This document shows, piece by piece, positions 1 through 14,159 of a stretch of 64,000 bases of DNA. The stretch covers positions 1,798,001 through 1,862,000 of the forward strand of contig CM061246.1 in NCBI GenBank assembly GCA_022605425.2, read 5' to 3'. The notes under the pieces are model-generated. The model was not told where the DNA came from and did no database searches. It saw only the letters and a list, made by a program, of their open reading frames with translations. A program made the position numbers and the translations under genes. Positions within the stretch are counted from its first letter, which is position 1; the number at the start of each line of letters is the position of its first letter. This DNA is from Hamiltosporidium tvaerminnensis FI-OER-3-3 (taxonomy: Eukaryota; Fungi; Microsporidia).

Positions 1-369
1 ACTAATGATTTTTTTGTTAGTCCCAATTTAGAATAAAAAAACGAATTATAAAAAAATTAAATAGAAATTTGATTTTATTTCCCGAAAAGGTATAAAATAT
101 TTTATACTTTTTTTTCTGTTTGAATAAATATTTAAAACAAGATAAAAAGTTTCAAATATTGTATGAGAATCTAAATTATTATAAAACATCCAGAATTTTT
201 CGAAGTAAATACAAAATATTTTTTTAGTAAATATGAATTATTAAAGAAATATTAATCGGGACTTCTAGATGTTCTTTAAAAGCCAATTTCCCACCTTTTA
301 GTAGCTTACCAATATTTTTTTAGCCGCAAAATATCTATTTTTGATTTTTTTTACAAAATATTTTTCAAT

Positions 370-612
370 TTATATCAGAATATATTCTATATCTTTTATA
401 TCATCACCAGTTATTGAAAGCATTCCTATGTATTTTAAACGTGATTTACACATCAAACATTGTTCATTTTTACATTTTTCTATTAAATCAGTAGAAAATA
501 ATTCATAACCATTTTCTAAACAAATATTCATAAACTTATCGATTGCAACCAAATCTCCTGTAAAAATCCTATCATTTTTTAGATAAATTTTTATTGTATT
601 TCCTAATACCAT
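370..612 (-). CDS. Sm/LSm-domain snRNP protein (SmB/LSm-like), ~80 aa
   Basis: Sm1 motif (IKIYLKNDRIFTGDLVAIDKFMNICLEN) and Sm2 motif (IGMLSITGDDI). The ORF track opens at TTG 624; ATG at 612 has CCC 2 nt upstream, so 612 is preferred. Confidence 0.8.
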   Translation of the reverse strand: MVLGNTIKIYLKNDRIFTGDLVAIDKFMNICLENGYELFSTDLIEKCKNEQCLMCKSRLKYIGMLSITGDDIKDIEYILI

Positions 613-876
613 TAGGGCATTCAATTTTATAATTTAATATCATAAAAAATGATAGGATTTTTTTGAAAAATATCTAGATTATCGAATATAAAAATATTCT
701 TTAAACCAAAAGAATACGTAAATATTGTTTTTATTCTATTATACCTTTTAATTAAATATATTTAATGGCTTCATATTTATCGATTATACATTTGTAGATT
801 AAGAATATTTAAAACAAGATAATACTACAAAAAAATTGTATTAAAAAAGACTAAATTATATTGATAAAATATTTAG

Positions 877-1263
877 TCAACATCGTTTCGTAATTATATC
901 TTTTAATATATCATCGAATAAATCAATGTCAGACTCTTCATCAGGGACAATACCATCCATCATTTTTAATTCAATTTCAAATTCTTCTAATTTTTTGTAG
1001 ATTTCATCATATTTTTTCAATCTTATATTGGTAATAAGATTATTAAGATTTTTTTTCAATTTGGTTTTTTCGATTTGAGAGACAAATATTTTTAACCTGG
1101 TTATTAATTCTTTATATTTTATAGATTCAGAGGTATAATAATCAACAAGTTCTCTTTGTAGGATTGCTTTTGTATTATTCTTGATTTTTCTTGCGTTTTT
1201 GTTTAATTGTTTTTCCATTTCATTAATTTCTACTTTTAAATCTACTAAATTCATATTTACCAT
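877..1263 (-). CDS. Coiled-coil protein, possibly ESCRT-III/Snf7 family (Did2/Vps2-like), ~128 aa
   Basis: Basic helical N-half and acidic C-half (KLEEFEIELKMMDGIVPDEESDID). ATG at 1263 has CCC just upstream (tccctcATG). Family call is by pattern only. Confidence 0.5.
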   Translation of the reverse strand: MVNMNLVDLKVEINEMEKQLNKNARKIKNNTKAILQRELVDYYTSESIKYKELITRLKIFVSQIEKTKLKKNLNNLITNIRLKKYDEIYKKLEEFEIELKMMDGIVPDEESDIDLFDDILKDIITKRC

Positions 1264-2659
1264 GAGGGATGATGGATTTAAAAATATATTTCTTAAAGAT
1301 AAGTAGTTTTCATATAAATTTATTACAATATATGTAATGAAATTTCCCAATGACTTTTTTTAATACTAGATTTTATTCAGCCATTGAGATAATCGTAAAG
1401 TTGTTAAAAAAACATTTTTATCTTTTTAAAAAGTACATAATAATAAAATAAATATTTTTGATAATTTAGTTATAATTGGATAATTTTTATCTTTCGATTC
1501 TTCCCTACGTTCTTCGATCTCTTCCGATGATTTATTTGACTCTTTTTATATTCTTCGTAAATGCTTTGATTTGGTTCTTCCCTAACATTGAGTTTCGATA
1601 GGTTTTTGAGAAGTTTTTGGCTTATTTTCCCGCGTTAGCATGTACTGAAGGAATTAATATGTGATATTCCATTATTTTTTATATATTACAGCTAAATGTC
1701 ATTTTCCGGCTATACTTAACATTTTATATTGAAATAATATTATTCATCGATTAAAAGAAATAGTTTCAACGGTTTTTTTTAAATATACCTAACTGAAAAA
1801 ATACCTCTTCACATTGGTATTCAGGCTTCTTACATAAATTTAATAATATGTGATTACAATAACAGTCCATTAGAAATATAGATTATCTCTAAACCCAAAA
1901 TATAAGTATAATCCCGTTAATTGGCTATTATGCCTTAATTTTTTGGTTTTGTGTTCAAAATTTGAAACAAATCTTGTGGAGTAATTCTGATCTTAATAAA
2001 TGTGATAACATTTTATTTCTTATCTAAAATAAATATTTTCGGTCTATTTTTCCGAATTCAAACATCAATTTTTATACGGGTATCTAATCTGTTTCTAATT
2101 ATACAGTTTAAGGAATTTCTTGAACTAGGTGACATATTATTCGTTTTTAATACTTGCCATTTTATCTACTTAGAAGGAGTAGATATAAATAATTATTCAC
2201 TGCATGAGTCCTATTTAATAGCCATATCGAAGCATTTTTGCCACCGAATAATTTAATAAGCTTCTGATATACAATTAAATACACGGCAGGTACATACCTT
2301 GGCTTCATATAGGTCTAATTAATTCAAATGCACAATAAATATTCAATTTTTCAGACTATACTACATCATAGTTCGCTAAATACCATGAATGAATGTCTAA
2401 TAATTGATTACTAAAAAAAGTTAATAGTAGACAAATTTAATTTAAACAAGAAAACGAGAGAATTTTATCGAAGTATCATGGAATTACCTGCTAACTCAAA
2501 TCAAATATCTAGAAATATTAACTTCTTGCTAAAAAAATTGAAATTTCCTGTAAAGATCAAAAATTTATTGCTTTCTAAAACTCAAATATTGGCTAATCAA
2601 TCAAAATCCTAATTTGGTAAATAACTGATTATAAAAATATCGCAAGAAATATTGCCCCA

Positions 2660-4102
2660 ATGATATTATTCCTCTGGTTTATTACATTCATTTTTGAAGC
2701 ACAGGCCAAAAGAAACAAGAAGAAAGGTAAAGTAAAGAAGTTTATCCAAAAAGAGAAAATACTTACTACTGATACCAACTTTTTGGAAAATATAAAGGTT
2801 GAAGACTCTTCAAATACTAATAAAGAAACCAAAGAATCATTTTTAGAATGTGATTTTTGTAATATAATCGATGAAACTGTGGTTTTAAAAATACCTGAGT
2901 TGGTTGCAATCGATGATTTAGAAACCGAAAATTGTAACGATGCAATGGATATCCAAGCCACGAATTTAACAAATGAACCAAATTTTAATTTCGTACATGA
3001 TCAATTTTTTTACTCTCAAGTTTATATAGATCTTCATGAATATATAGGCAACTTGGAAATAGAATTTATCTTCATAAATATAATTTATAATCGAACCATA
3101 ACTCTGACAGATATTTTTCAATTAATTAATACTGGATTTACATTTAAATCTCTTGAAACACCTGAAATAATGAATATTTTTATTTATGTAGGTAAATGTA
3201 TACAATTACGTGAAACAAACATCGATTATTCGACGTTTTATGATTGTTATAGCATTATACCTTATAAAATGGCATTTTTTTTGAAACATCTACAGCTAGA
3301 AACAAAATCATTATTAATCAGTGAATTTCCTTCTATATTTACACTGATATTTAAAATTCATAATGAACTTAATATAGAAAAAACAAAAAATATATCATAT
3401 GTGTCATTATACTATTATATAAAATTGGTTGAATCATTGTTGGTATGTGATGTGAGTTATTTTAACTCTCAGTTTTCTGTTTTTTCAGGAAATAAAATTA
3501 AATTATATAAGGAATCGGATCAGTTTATATTTTTCAGAGAAAAATTTTTCTTTTGTATCCGAGAAATATTTTCTTTAGTTCCGAATTTCACATATCAATA
3601 TTATGTTCATGAGCTTTGCCAAACCGTTATGAACAATAAAATTTTGAATGCAGAAAATAATAATTCCGAAGAAAATTCCAGTGTAGCCTCAATATATAGT
3701 ATAATATTAATGACTAGAAACAGAACAGCTAAAACAATCTATACACTTATAAAACCCGAAAGCCCTATCAACACTACGAATATCGATGATATTTCTTTAA
3801 AAATACATGATTTAACTAATTTTATAGAAAGAAGTCAACGAGGGGAATATAGAAAGCATTTATACGTGAATATTCAGTTAATTAATTCATATTTTGCACT
3901 TTTTTATAATTACGACTTTTTCTCAAAATATTTTATTAGGAACTATGATGAATATCAGACAACAATTAAAGCGATAGCCAATTTGCGAAAATCCCTTCAT
4001 GATTCTGAAAAAATATGCGATCCCTGTTTTAAAAAAAAATTGGTTTACATTTTAAAAAAACTTAGCACATTTTATAAAATTTCTGTTAAGAATATTTTTT
4101 AA
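2660..4102 (+). CDS. Hypothetical secreted protein, 480 aa
   Basis: Long ORF in very AT-rich DNA; signal-peptide-like N-terminus (MILFLWFITFIFEAQA) then K-rich NLS-like stretch (KRNKKKGKVKK); CCCC 1 nt before ATG. Confidence 0.75.
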   Translation: MILFLWFITFIFEAQAKRNKKKGKVKKFIQKEKILTTDTNFLENIKVEDSSNTNKETKESFLECDFCNIIDETVVLKIPELVAIDDLETENCNDAMDIQATNLTNEPNFNFVHDQFFYSQVYIDLHEYIGNLEIEFIFINIIYNRTITLTDIFQLINTGFTFKSLETPEIMNIFIYVGKCIQLRETNIDYSTFYDCYSIIPYKMAFFLKHLQLETKSLLISEFPSIFTLIFKIHNELNIEKTKNISYVSLYYYIKLVESLLVCDVSYFNSQFSVFSGNKIKLYKESDQFIFFREKFFFCIREIFSLVPNFTYQYYVHELCQTVMNNKILNAENNNSEENSSVASIYSIILMTRNRTAKTIYTLIKPESPINTTNIDDISLKIHDLTNFIERSQRGEYRKHLYVNIQLINSYFALFYNYDFFSKYFIRNYDEYQTTIKAIANLRKSLHDSEKICDPCFKKKLVYILKKLSTFYKISVKNIF

Positions 4103-6749
4103 ATTCCAATATTTTTTTAATAAATCATTTTTGGTGTTATACTCATAAGTTATATTTATTTTTAAACGTTTCTATTCAAACTATATTTTTTTGTTTTTAA
4201 AAAAAAAATCGCAATTTTTTTTTGTTTCTAATAATATATTTCTTTAATTAATCATATTATTATTCTAAGTTAGTCAGTTAAGGCAAATTATATTACATCA
4301 CCCAAAATCCTATTTAATAATTTGAAAGTGATTCATTATTTACTAGAAAATATATTATAAGGTGCTAAAGGAAATTATGAGTCACCGAGATCTTATCTTT
4401 ATATAGAATTCCATAAGCCAGATAAATTTAACTAAATCTTTCAAATTTTTACCAGAGCCTATGCTTTCCCACTTCTTTGCCAGTCGTTGGTTTGTTAAAT
4501 AAACCGAATCGGCTACCGACACAACTTTTCATTAAATATCATATTGTTAAAAACGAGAAAAATTAACAAAAATTTTAAACTAATTCTAGCAATTAAATAG
4601 CGTAAAAACGACCATATTAGTAATATTGAAAATAGAATAGATCCATCTATTTTCACTTAGTGTACGCCTTAAACTTACTTGAAAATTAGGTGGGAGGATT
4701 TATAATATATATTGTGAAATAACGGAGAATACGATGTAAGAGTTCTTGCGTTTAACCGAAGAATACTCAGATTTATACTACAGTAAAATAATTTATTTTT
4801 TAATATTCCATTACAATCAAAAATGATTTTTTATATAGAGCTTTTGGTTCACTGACCAAAAATGAACAACTACTTTAATAAAGATATAGGGGCTGGTTTT
4901 GAAACAAACTTGGTATTTTAACACGCCATGAGGAAACGCGATAGAAATAAATTAATAAAAATAGGCAAATGATTTAAAAAAAAGATATAAAAGTTTCCAA
5001 GCTATGATTTAAAATTTTCTAATAAAGACCTGGATATTAAGAAGATAATGTATATATGGCAACCTACATTGAAAGAGATGAATCATATCCAAACTTGAAA
5101 ATAAGTGAGCCGTATCGGTTTATTTTGCAAAAGCAAAGATATGGTTGTTTCCTGAAGCTATTTATCTATAAAAAAATGTATAAACTTACCCAGAACTCCT
5201 AAAAAAAGCAATTTTTAAAAATTTTATGATGTTTATTCGCTCGAAAATGCTTTAAATATTGTGAATGAGTACATTTTTTAAGAGCTCTCATATAAAGTTA
5301 AAATTGCTCGAGAAAAAATCAGATATCGATAATTGTACCGTTAAAACCGTCAGAAGCCTACAATATAGAGCTTTGGGTATGCTATATCGCATGGTCTTTA
5401 TATCGAAAAAAATTGAAACGAATAGATAAAGCCATAAAATGATACAACTAATGTATCAGATGAAGTCGATTAATAGTTACTTTTCAGAAAAAAAATGACA
5501 AACAAATATCAAAGATGTATATCAGGCTGAATTATTTGAGAAAAAACTCATAGTGTGATCAAGAGTGCGATCATGCAATTATAATAAGAATTTTGGTCAA
5601 ATCAAATTTTTTACGCGAAAAACAAGAAATTTAATAGACCATTTTTACGAAACACGAACAAATATATCGCATATTATAAAATAACAAGAAAAACAAGCAT
5701 ATAATATTAAAATATAGCATGAGTATTTAGATTTAGCGAATATATTAGATATTTAGGAAAGGGATAAAAATATTATCTGGGACCTGATATGATTACAAAG
5801 CTTTAAGAATACTTAAATAGTGAACCAAAGAAGCTTTAGATATATTGACAAATATTCTAGAAATTGGAGTCTAAACGTAAAGGATAAACCAGATAAAACG
5901 TTGGAAAAATATAGAGCGAATCCGGTTAATCTTCGATTCTTAGTAACTCTCCGTGCTAGGATTAACTTGGGGTTATTGGTATATCCCGCACGCGATAAGT
6001 CTATTTTTATGGTTATCTTGCAAAAATTGTTGTTTTGCATTGTCTATATATGGCTCATGTATTTTTTTCTCAATCACTGGAACCCATTTCATCTTCATCC
6101 TTAGGTATTTATTTATTTCGGTCCTCCTTTAATCTGTTATAACTTGGGATTATACGGAATCAGTTCAATATCTATTCGGCATTATAAACAAATAAAAATT
6201 AAAAATGAAATAAATCATACTAAAGATATAAAGTCAATTTTTCGATATAATAACGTACCTGATATTAATATTTTATATACCTAAAAATGAATATCTAATA
6301 TACTTCTTATATTTATACTAGGATAAAAGTAGGTAAAATTATTTTACTTGGTAACAACTCAAAAAAATAAAAAAAGGTTAGAACTAAGACTTAGAAACAC
6401 ACGGAAGATATTAGCACATGAAAAATCACAGTAATAAAAAATACCATCTATGTATGGACGTTCGTAATGATCTTAAAATAAATCATCGTTTTTGAATCAT
6501 ATATTCACATGAGGTTGTGTATATAAACAAAATTTTAATAAGCATATTAATTGATTTTATCAGTATCCATGTCTTCTTGGCCATAATTTACCAAAAATGA
6601 AATATGTAAGTAACATCATCGGCCGAATTTCGGGTTAACCCCAATCCAGGAAGTGCCATGAACCAAATATTTGTTGCTATTTGAATAAAGACTTTATTAA
6701 TTATTTTAGATCATTGTCTTGAAGCCAACTATAGCAAGGATAAATCATG

Positions 6750-7240
6750 TTTTCGTAACTCTAGAGACCAATTATGTTACCAAAAGGAATCGTTAAGAAT
6801 TCTCAATGCATGGAAAGATTTCTCGAGAAAACTATACACAGTTAAATACAAATTATATGAAAAATAAAATACCTAATTAGGAAGTTTCACACTGGTACTG
6901 TAAGTACATAAAAAAATCTCAAAAATACAATTTGAAAGCATAGAGAAATCTGCTAACATATATGTTGGTACAATTTTCTCTAAGAATAATTACAAACAGA
7001 AAAGCGTAGTATGAAATAGCTTTCTTGGCAAATATCACAGGAATTTTGAATTTAGAACTCGACTAGTGATCAATATTTGCAGTAAGGAAGACACTTGAAA
7101 ACCATTAAAAATATAGTATTCTAGCTTATAAATTTTTTATGGATTGTAATCAAGCACAAGAACCAATATTTGTAAATTTTCTGACAAAAAACTTAAAGCA
7201 ATTAGATTTCGTATGAAAATTATTCGTTAAATTAAGTGAC
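6750..7240 (+). mobile_element. Decayed RTE-type LINE reverse transcriptase fragment
   Basis: Near 7030-7170, frameshifted LGKYH..STSDQ/FAVRKTLE..FFMDCNQA resembles the RT motif IG.YQ.GFR..RST.DQIF.LR..LE...FIDF.QAY also seen in the RTE at 52620-52760. Confidence 0.45.
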
Positions 7241-10200
7241 TTTGGTTGTGTAAAACGATAAAGTATTTCTAAATAGCGATACTTCTAATCACTTGGAACT
7301 TATAAAGATATGGCACATGCCATACATTATTTATATATTGCTTTGCTTCAAATTGTATGAAATGCTCTTTAGGCTAAAATCAAACATAAGCCGCAGAATA
7401 TCCAAGTAAATAACTATTTTATTGAAGTCACAAATAATTTGTTTAATTTGGAATCAAGGCTAAATAATATTAATAGTCTATGAAAACTTTAACCGCAAAA
7501 TCCAAGAAATTTCTATGCAAGATATATGAATGTAAGAGAATTATATTCACGATTTAATATATAAACCTGGTTGAATTTCTTTTGAGAAAGATTCTTACAG
7601 ATTGAAAAATCTCTGTTTTTAAGTACCTGGGAACAATTTCAATGAAGTTAAAGGTGTTTTAAAACACTAAGAAAAAGCAAAGCTAGGATATTTTCTATTA
7701 AGTTTAAAGCTCTTAATAAGATCAAAATCATATGTCGGATCAGAAAAAAACAAATTAAGAATCATTAATATAAAGAATCATTTTTAAAATAGTACAATTC
7801 TGAATCCAGATGTAGGCGAGGATACAGTTATTTGGGATCTTTTTGACACTTCGAAAAAGGATACACCGAATTACATAAAGATTAGTATAAAATGGTAATA
7901 GATTCGAAATTGGAAATTGGTAAGCGATCTGCGCTTATATGTAAAATAAAATATGCGGTTTGATCAAAAAAGATGATTTGATGAGTTGAATGCCAAAAAA
8001 CAATATTTGTAAAAATTGTTAAATGAATTTCCAAGAGTATTATTTAGATGTGAATAGCAAAGAATTTTGCTTCGTGTCACAATTTAAAAATAGTATTTAT
8101 TGAGTTCATCATCTCTAAATCTTACTCTATGAAAAAACTAGAATAAAAAGTCCGGAACTATTAGAAAAAACTTCAATAATTGACATTTAACTAAAAAATG
8201 AACTTGCAAACATAATCTACACAAATTTTTCATCAAAAAACAAAAAATTTGATGCAGTTTTTAGTTTTGTAAATTGATTAGAATTAGTTTAATTAATTTT
8301 ATATTTCTTCATCTTTTGTGAGAATACTCAGAATAAGATTCATCGATAGTATAATTAGATTGTCAGCTTTTTTATAATTTATTTGTTAAATTATGACTAA
8401 TTGGCAAATTTAGAAGAGAAGTTTGATAAAAAGCGTCATAAATATTTTTAAACAATTTAAAGCTTCGGAAAAACCTTTAAGGTTTTTATTATTTCTTTTT
8501 TTGCAGTTATTTTAATATATTTGATGATCTGATGTTTAAATTGCTTCCATGTTATTCTTCATAACGAGTATTTTTTTACATCAAATATAAATGGATTAAA
8601 AAAATTAATAAATCTCAAAACTTCAAAAAATTTCCTCAAAAATGATCAAATTGTGTCATTATGCGATGTTATGCGCATTGATAGAAGGAATTTCGATATT
8701 TTTGTAAAATCTTGGAATAGGTAAATTTCGAAAAATTTCGTTTAATAATTATATAACTGCAATTCTTTTCAATTTAATTTCTCAGATTCCTAACTAGACA
8801 CTTGATCTGCAAGAATTTTTAGATTCACAAAGAAATATATTTATTGGAAATAAGCTCACAATTGAAAATTTATGATATGACTTCGAATGCTTTGTTTCAT
8901 CAAACGTTAAAAACCTTTTTTTTGCTAGTTTGTAATTTTAAATTTAATTCATGTTCGTTTTAACACAAATACGAATAAATTGTTCAAATTAGAAGGCCAT
9001 TCGCTGTGTTAAAATTCCTTGTATGTCAAATAATCTTTAGATTTGTCAAAAATTCTATTTTCATCTAAACACTTAACTAATCGGCAAGAAATTTTTCCTG
9101 ACTAACCATCGGTCATTTTTGCGAATGAATAAGCCATTATATACTGAACTTCCTACGTTAATAGGCCTGGAAATTTGACTTTGTATAGGGCGATTGCAGA
9201 TTCGAAAGAAATCAATCCGGTAGCAAGTATAATTTAGTTCAAAATGAATTAAAAAGGTCTTTAGATTTATACCCTTCATATATATTGCACTCAGGATTTT
9301 ATATAGAATTTTTTTTCGTTAAATAAACAAGTAATATAACCATTTCTTTCACTAAATAACTTGTAAATCTCATCAGGTGTCGCACAAAAATACAAATATC
9401 TTTTTAAAAGCTAATGCATTTACAACGTTTTAAAAATATTTTTCTTCTCTTTTTTTGATGCGTATGAAGCTAAATCGATCTGTTTTCTTGAATTTAATTT
9501 TCACACAATTAATAAATGAAAATTATTAAACGACTTAATATGATTACAGGGTAATCACATCAAGACAGTGAGAATATATTACAAAAGAGTTTTATCTAAT
9601 TTGTGTAGGAAACGACAATTTTTAACGAGTTCCAATTTTACTGCTTTTACGACATTTCCAATCAAAGTTATATCTTAAATTTCTAAAAAGTATTTTCTAT
9701 TTTTTTATCATAAAACAAAACTGGTATATATTCCAATTGCTTCTTAGAATATTCGACATTTGAATCTCTAAATGGTTTTCAATATTTGCAGAAAAGTTAG
9801 AAGAAAATACATATGTGCGGATTTTATTGTACAAATTCGCGCAATTGAAAAAGATTCTTAAATAAACATTTGTATGTTATTAATCGAGAAATAGATTTTT
9901 TGCCCGTCTGTACGTTGTTCAACAAGAGACATTTGTCTGCTTCTAAACATGATTTTACAAATAAAAGTCTCAATATCTTTATATTTTAACCCAAAAATAT
10001 TGCTTCTCTGATTGTCCAATGCCACCAAATTTATTGATCAACCGATTTTTAGACTCTCTGCTAGTGATGCTTTTAGATTTTTTATTTTCGGTAGCCATAT
10101 TTAATGGTACTGTGACAAGTTTATTTAAAAATTAAATCAATCGGAGTTCGAAACTAGAAACGGGTGATATTATTCCCCGATTAAATTGCTTTTTATTTAT

Positions 10201-10944
10201 CTAAATTGATATAGCTCATTTTACACAATACAAGGCCAAACATAATAACTCTACACCAGCCGTTACATAAAACATTCTGAATACAACTTCTCGTGATAAA
10301 TTGACTAGTTCAGAGCTGATTCCGAAACTCTTGCTATCCTGTGTTCCTCATCATACATTAGCATATCATTTCAGAATGTTAGCGATTCGAAATTATCAAT
10401 GATTAGCATGTGTTTAATCCTATACATCGAAATATAGCTTAGTCGGTTCTAGAAAACAAAAATTAAACATGACACCACGATTTCTTGTGAAATATCAATG
10501 TAACACTTTTGAAAAGGGTATATACATGCCAAACGGTATATTTGATAAAAGAAAATTCATACGCGCCATGTATCGCCTTTATTCCCTTTAGACATTCGAT
10601 CATAAATTAGACAACAGAAAAATGAGTTAATTAATAAAGAAGATCTAGAATACTTATTTTTTGAGGCAAAAAAATTTAGTCTCAATATGGAAGCCGAAAG
10701 AAAATTGTTAAAAGAGCGGAGTTATTCAAAAGATAGTGCTCCGATCCATAAAAAGAATCATTCTTATAAAAATTCAAATTAGGTTAAAACTACCAAAAAT
10801 TATATACACTTCAGTATAGAGAATCAGAATTATCCATTAAAAGAAATATCTTAGGTGATCAATTATTAAAACCTTATTAGCTCTATATATAGAAAATATC
10901 AAATTGTTTTTCCACATTTAATAACTATTTATATAATTTTCTTC

Positions 10945-12834
10945 ATGTTTGCCATGCTATTGTTCATTTGCAAGTTTTCAAAATGTTTTATGGGATTTAT
11001 AAACAGTGCAACTGTATCAAAAGAAGACAATTCATTATCTGTATATAATGATCAAACTGTTAATTCGAATTATATGACTTCAGTTAATGCACGAGGCAGT
11101 TCGGAATGTGAATTCATCAAAAGGAAGACAAAACGGGATAAGTTAAACCATATAATAGACCTAATAAACAAAAAAAGAAGACTTGAAATCAGTGGGCAGA
11201 AATCCGAATGGAATATTTTTAACAAAGTTAGTCCAGAAAATACCTCGAGTAATGATAATTCTATTTATACATTTTGTTCTCATAAGATCGACCAATTAAA
11301 TATGAAAACAAAAACAGACACGGGTATTTTAATAGATACAACAACTTCCGTTCATAATGAAAGTACCAATTCATTATCAAAATATAAAAGTAATGAAGAA
11401 ACCAAAAAACACCGTGTTCCGAATTTAGAGGAATATCACGGCACTAAATATTCATGCGACGCTGTCTCTATTTCAAATCAATTTCCAAATGAAATAAAAA
11501 TACCTTCAAGTTATTCCACAGCTGAACAACAAAGTATTCATGAACAGATCAATTTTGATTCGAAAAAATACTTTTTAGATCATATAAATACATTTGAAAC
11601 ATTATGCTTACCAACTAGCCGATATCGAAATCAAAGTGATGAGTTAAACATAAAGGCTAAAATAAAGGGGTTTATTCAAAATATAAAATCATTTTTGAAT
11701 AATATTGATGAAGAACTACCTAATAAAGTACATGTGAACAATACAAATCATATTTTAACTGACGAAAATATTTCTGACATGTTAAAAGAAGAAAAATTGT
11801 TTATAAAAACGAGTTTTAGAAGTGATATTTTAACGGATATTGATAGAATGTTTTCATTTGCATTGAAATTGGTAGAATATGAAAGAAACAACAAAATAAA
11901 ACTTCAAGGCGCTTATTTATCAAGTTTTATCAATAAAAATGGATTTATGAATGTTTTAGATAAACTCAAAACATGCGCAGAAATTTACTTTTTACATGAG
12001 CTTATAGCGATCAAAAATATTTATAATACCGGTTTTGAGCAAAACATACAAGATGGATATATTCTATATACATGTTTTCTATTTGATGTATTATTTACGC
12101 GGGTGGAAACCATATTGTCAAATATGAAGGATCCTACAATAAAAATGTCAGCTGGCACAAAAACCCATAATAGAGCATATAAACAACGAATACCAATATT
12201 GAACTTAGATATAGAAATATTCTTTCTTAAATCTATATTTATGAGAATTCTTTATGGATGTAAAGATGGAAAAAATGTGGGTAAAATATATGCGCTTATT
12301 CTGCTAACAGAATTTAGATTTAAGATTTATGATTTTAACAATAAATCGCTTAAATATTATATCCCTGGAATCACAAAACTTATTATAGTTTATACGAATA
12401 TGATACGTTCGATTAAACCGTCTCAATCTTTGGAAAACTTTACCGGAAAAATGCTTTTGTTTTTCCGTGATAATAAAGTGCCGGAAATAAATCTCTTAGA
12501 TCTAGACAAGTTCTTAGTGAATGAAGCACTCGAAGAAATCATCGACTTTTTTTTTCAACTCATTAAAGAAGTACAAGCGGAATATAAAATAAGAAAAAAG
12601 TATAAGTGTAGAGTAAACACTATGAGAAGCAAATACAAATGGTGTATGGATATAATAGATTCGAATAATAAAAACATAAAAGATAAAAAATTACTTATCG
12701 ATTTTCTTGTATTTTATTATTCACAGGTAAGAACGTTTTTATACCCGAAATATCAATTTGAAATTTATATTTCATATTATTCGAGGAATATAAGAATGAA
12801 TGAATTTAATAATAAATTTAAATATATCAATTAA
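10945..12834 (+). CDS. Hypothetical secreted protein, 629 aa
   Basis: Long ORF; hydrophobic N-terminus (MFAMLLFICKFSKC), NLS-like KRKTKR and KKRR, S/T/N-rich linker, helical C-terminal region. Confidence 0.75.
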   Translation: MFAMLLFICKFSKCFMGFINSATVSKEDNSLSVYNDQTVNSNYMTSVNARGSSECEFIKRKTKRDKLNHIIDLINKKRRLEISGQKSEWNIFNKVSPENTSSNDNSIYTFCSHKIDQLNMKTKTDTGILIDTTTSVHNESTNSLSKYKSNEETKKHRVPNLEEYHGTKYSCDAVSISNQFPNEIKIPSSYSTAEQQSIHEQINFDSKKYFLDHINTFETLCLPTSRYRNQSDELNIKAKIKGFIQNIKSFLNNIDEELPNKVHVNNTNHILTDENISDMLKEEKLFIKTSFRSDILTDIDRMFSFALKLVEYERNNKIKLQGAYLSSFINKNGFMNVLDKLKTCAEIYFLHELIAIKNIYNTGFEQNIQDGYILYTCFLFDVLFTRVETILSNMKDPTIKMSAGTKTHNRAYKQRIPILNLDIEIFFLKSIFMRILYGCKDGKNVGKIYALILLTEFRFKIYDFNNKSLKYYIPGITKLIIVYTNMIRSIKPSQSLENFTGKMLLFFRDNKVPEINLLDLDKFLVNEALEEIIDFFFQLIKEVQAEYKIRKKYKCRVNTMRSKYKWCMDIIDSNNKNIKDKKLLIDFLVFYYSQVRTFLYPKYQFEIYISYYSRNIRMNEFNNKFKYIN

Positions 12835-14159
12835 AAAACAATTCTATAATTTTGAAGACATAAATTATGTTTTTAGGCAATGGAATTTACGTTTAAGATC
12901 CTTTTTAACGAATAAAGTTTAAGTTTCATATTTTATATTCTATATTAAGCACTAAAATATAATTTTTCATCTAATAGTTTATATAACAATAAATAAGAGA
13001 GTTTGGAAGCTAAATTTGAATTTTTGATTCTATAACCAAGCTTTCTATTTAGTATATGTATGAGTAAAATTGAATTAATAATTATGTAGCTAAATAAAAA
13101 TCAAAAACTTGAGCGAATTAAAAATTCTAAGACAAAAATACTTTATTGTTACCCAATCAATTAATAGTAATACAATTTGATATTCTATTGAATTAAACAT
13201 ACATAAATTTGGCAATATTCTATGATGCGGTTTTTGCTTTTCAATTAGCAATATTATTGGCTTCTCGGATATATGATTTCAATCTTCAAACATACCTGAT
13301 CTTTTTGATCGTCTTTTCTTACTGATGGTTAATAGAGAACTATTGAGTTCGTTCTTTTTAGGTGATTCATATTTCCTAACTCATAAAATGCGAAACATAT
13401 GTTAGGTAAATATGGTGTTATGAAGCATTGTTTCAATGTATAGCTGAATAAACTGGGTTTATCAAAAGAAAAAACCAAATAAATTTTTAAAAACTGCTTA
13501 TCCAATCATCAGAATCTTTCTAAGTACAGGTTATGTCAAGATTTCTTATAATCTATGATTTTTTTCACACTTGCTCAAATATTTTTTAAAATGCTCGAAC
13601 ATTTTGAACAATTCTAATTTCTTTAAGTTGACAGTAGCTATATAATTTGAAAAAAAATCATTTATATTATTCAGTAATGTCTCGACGACGATGACTCACT
13701 TCGAAACGTTTAATTGGTTCAAAAAATATGAGGCACCAATAAGAGTGCTTCAATTAAAAAATGACGCTTTCTATTTGTTCATAAATCTTATACAACCAAT
13801 AATTGTGAGTAAAATCGAACATAAAACATTAAAACGATTCTTTTGGTTCAAGAAAATATTTGAAATAAATTTCCGAAAACACTTCTAAATTGTATTAGTT
13901 ATCAAAGAATAATATCATAGATTGGGTTTTTTAATTTTTCTTTTTTTTTCGATTTTAAAAAAATAACATATCTTGCAAGAGTTTTTAAAAAGCAGTTTAC
14001 CGTTGCATTAAAAATTGTATGATACGATTGATGCTTTTCTACTATTCTTCTGTGTAATTTATTCATATTTTCAATAATAATTAACAAAAAGATTTTTCTT
14101 GAATAGCTTTGTGGAATTTTATACTTGATTAAATTGAAAATATTTTAATAAATGTGTAT

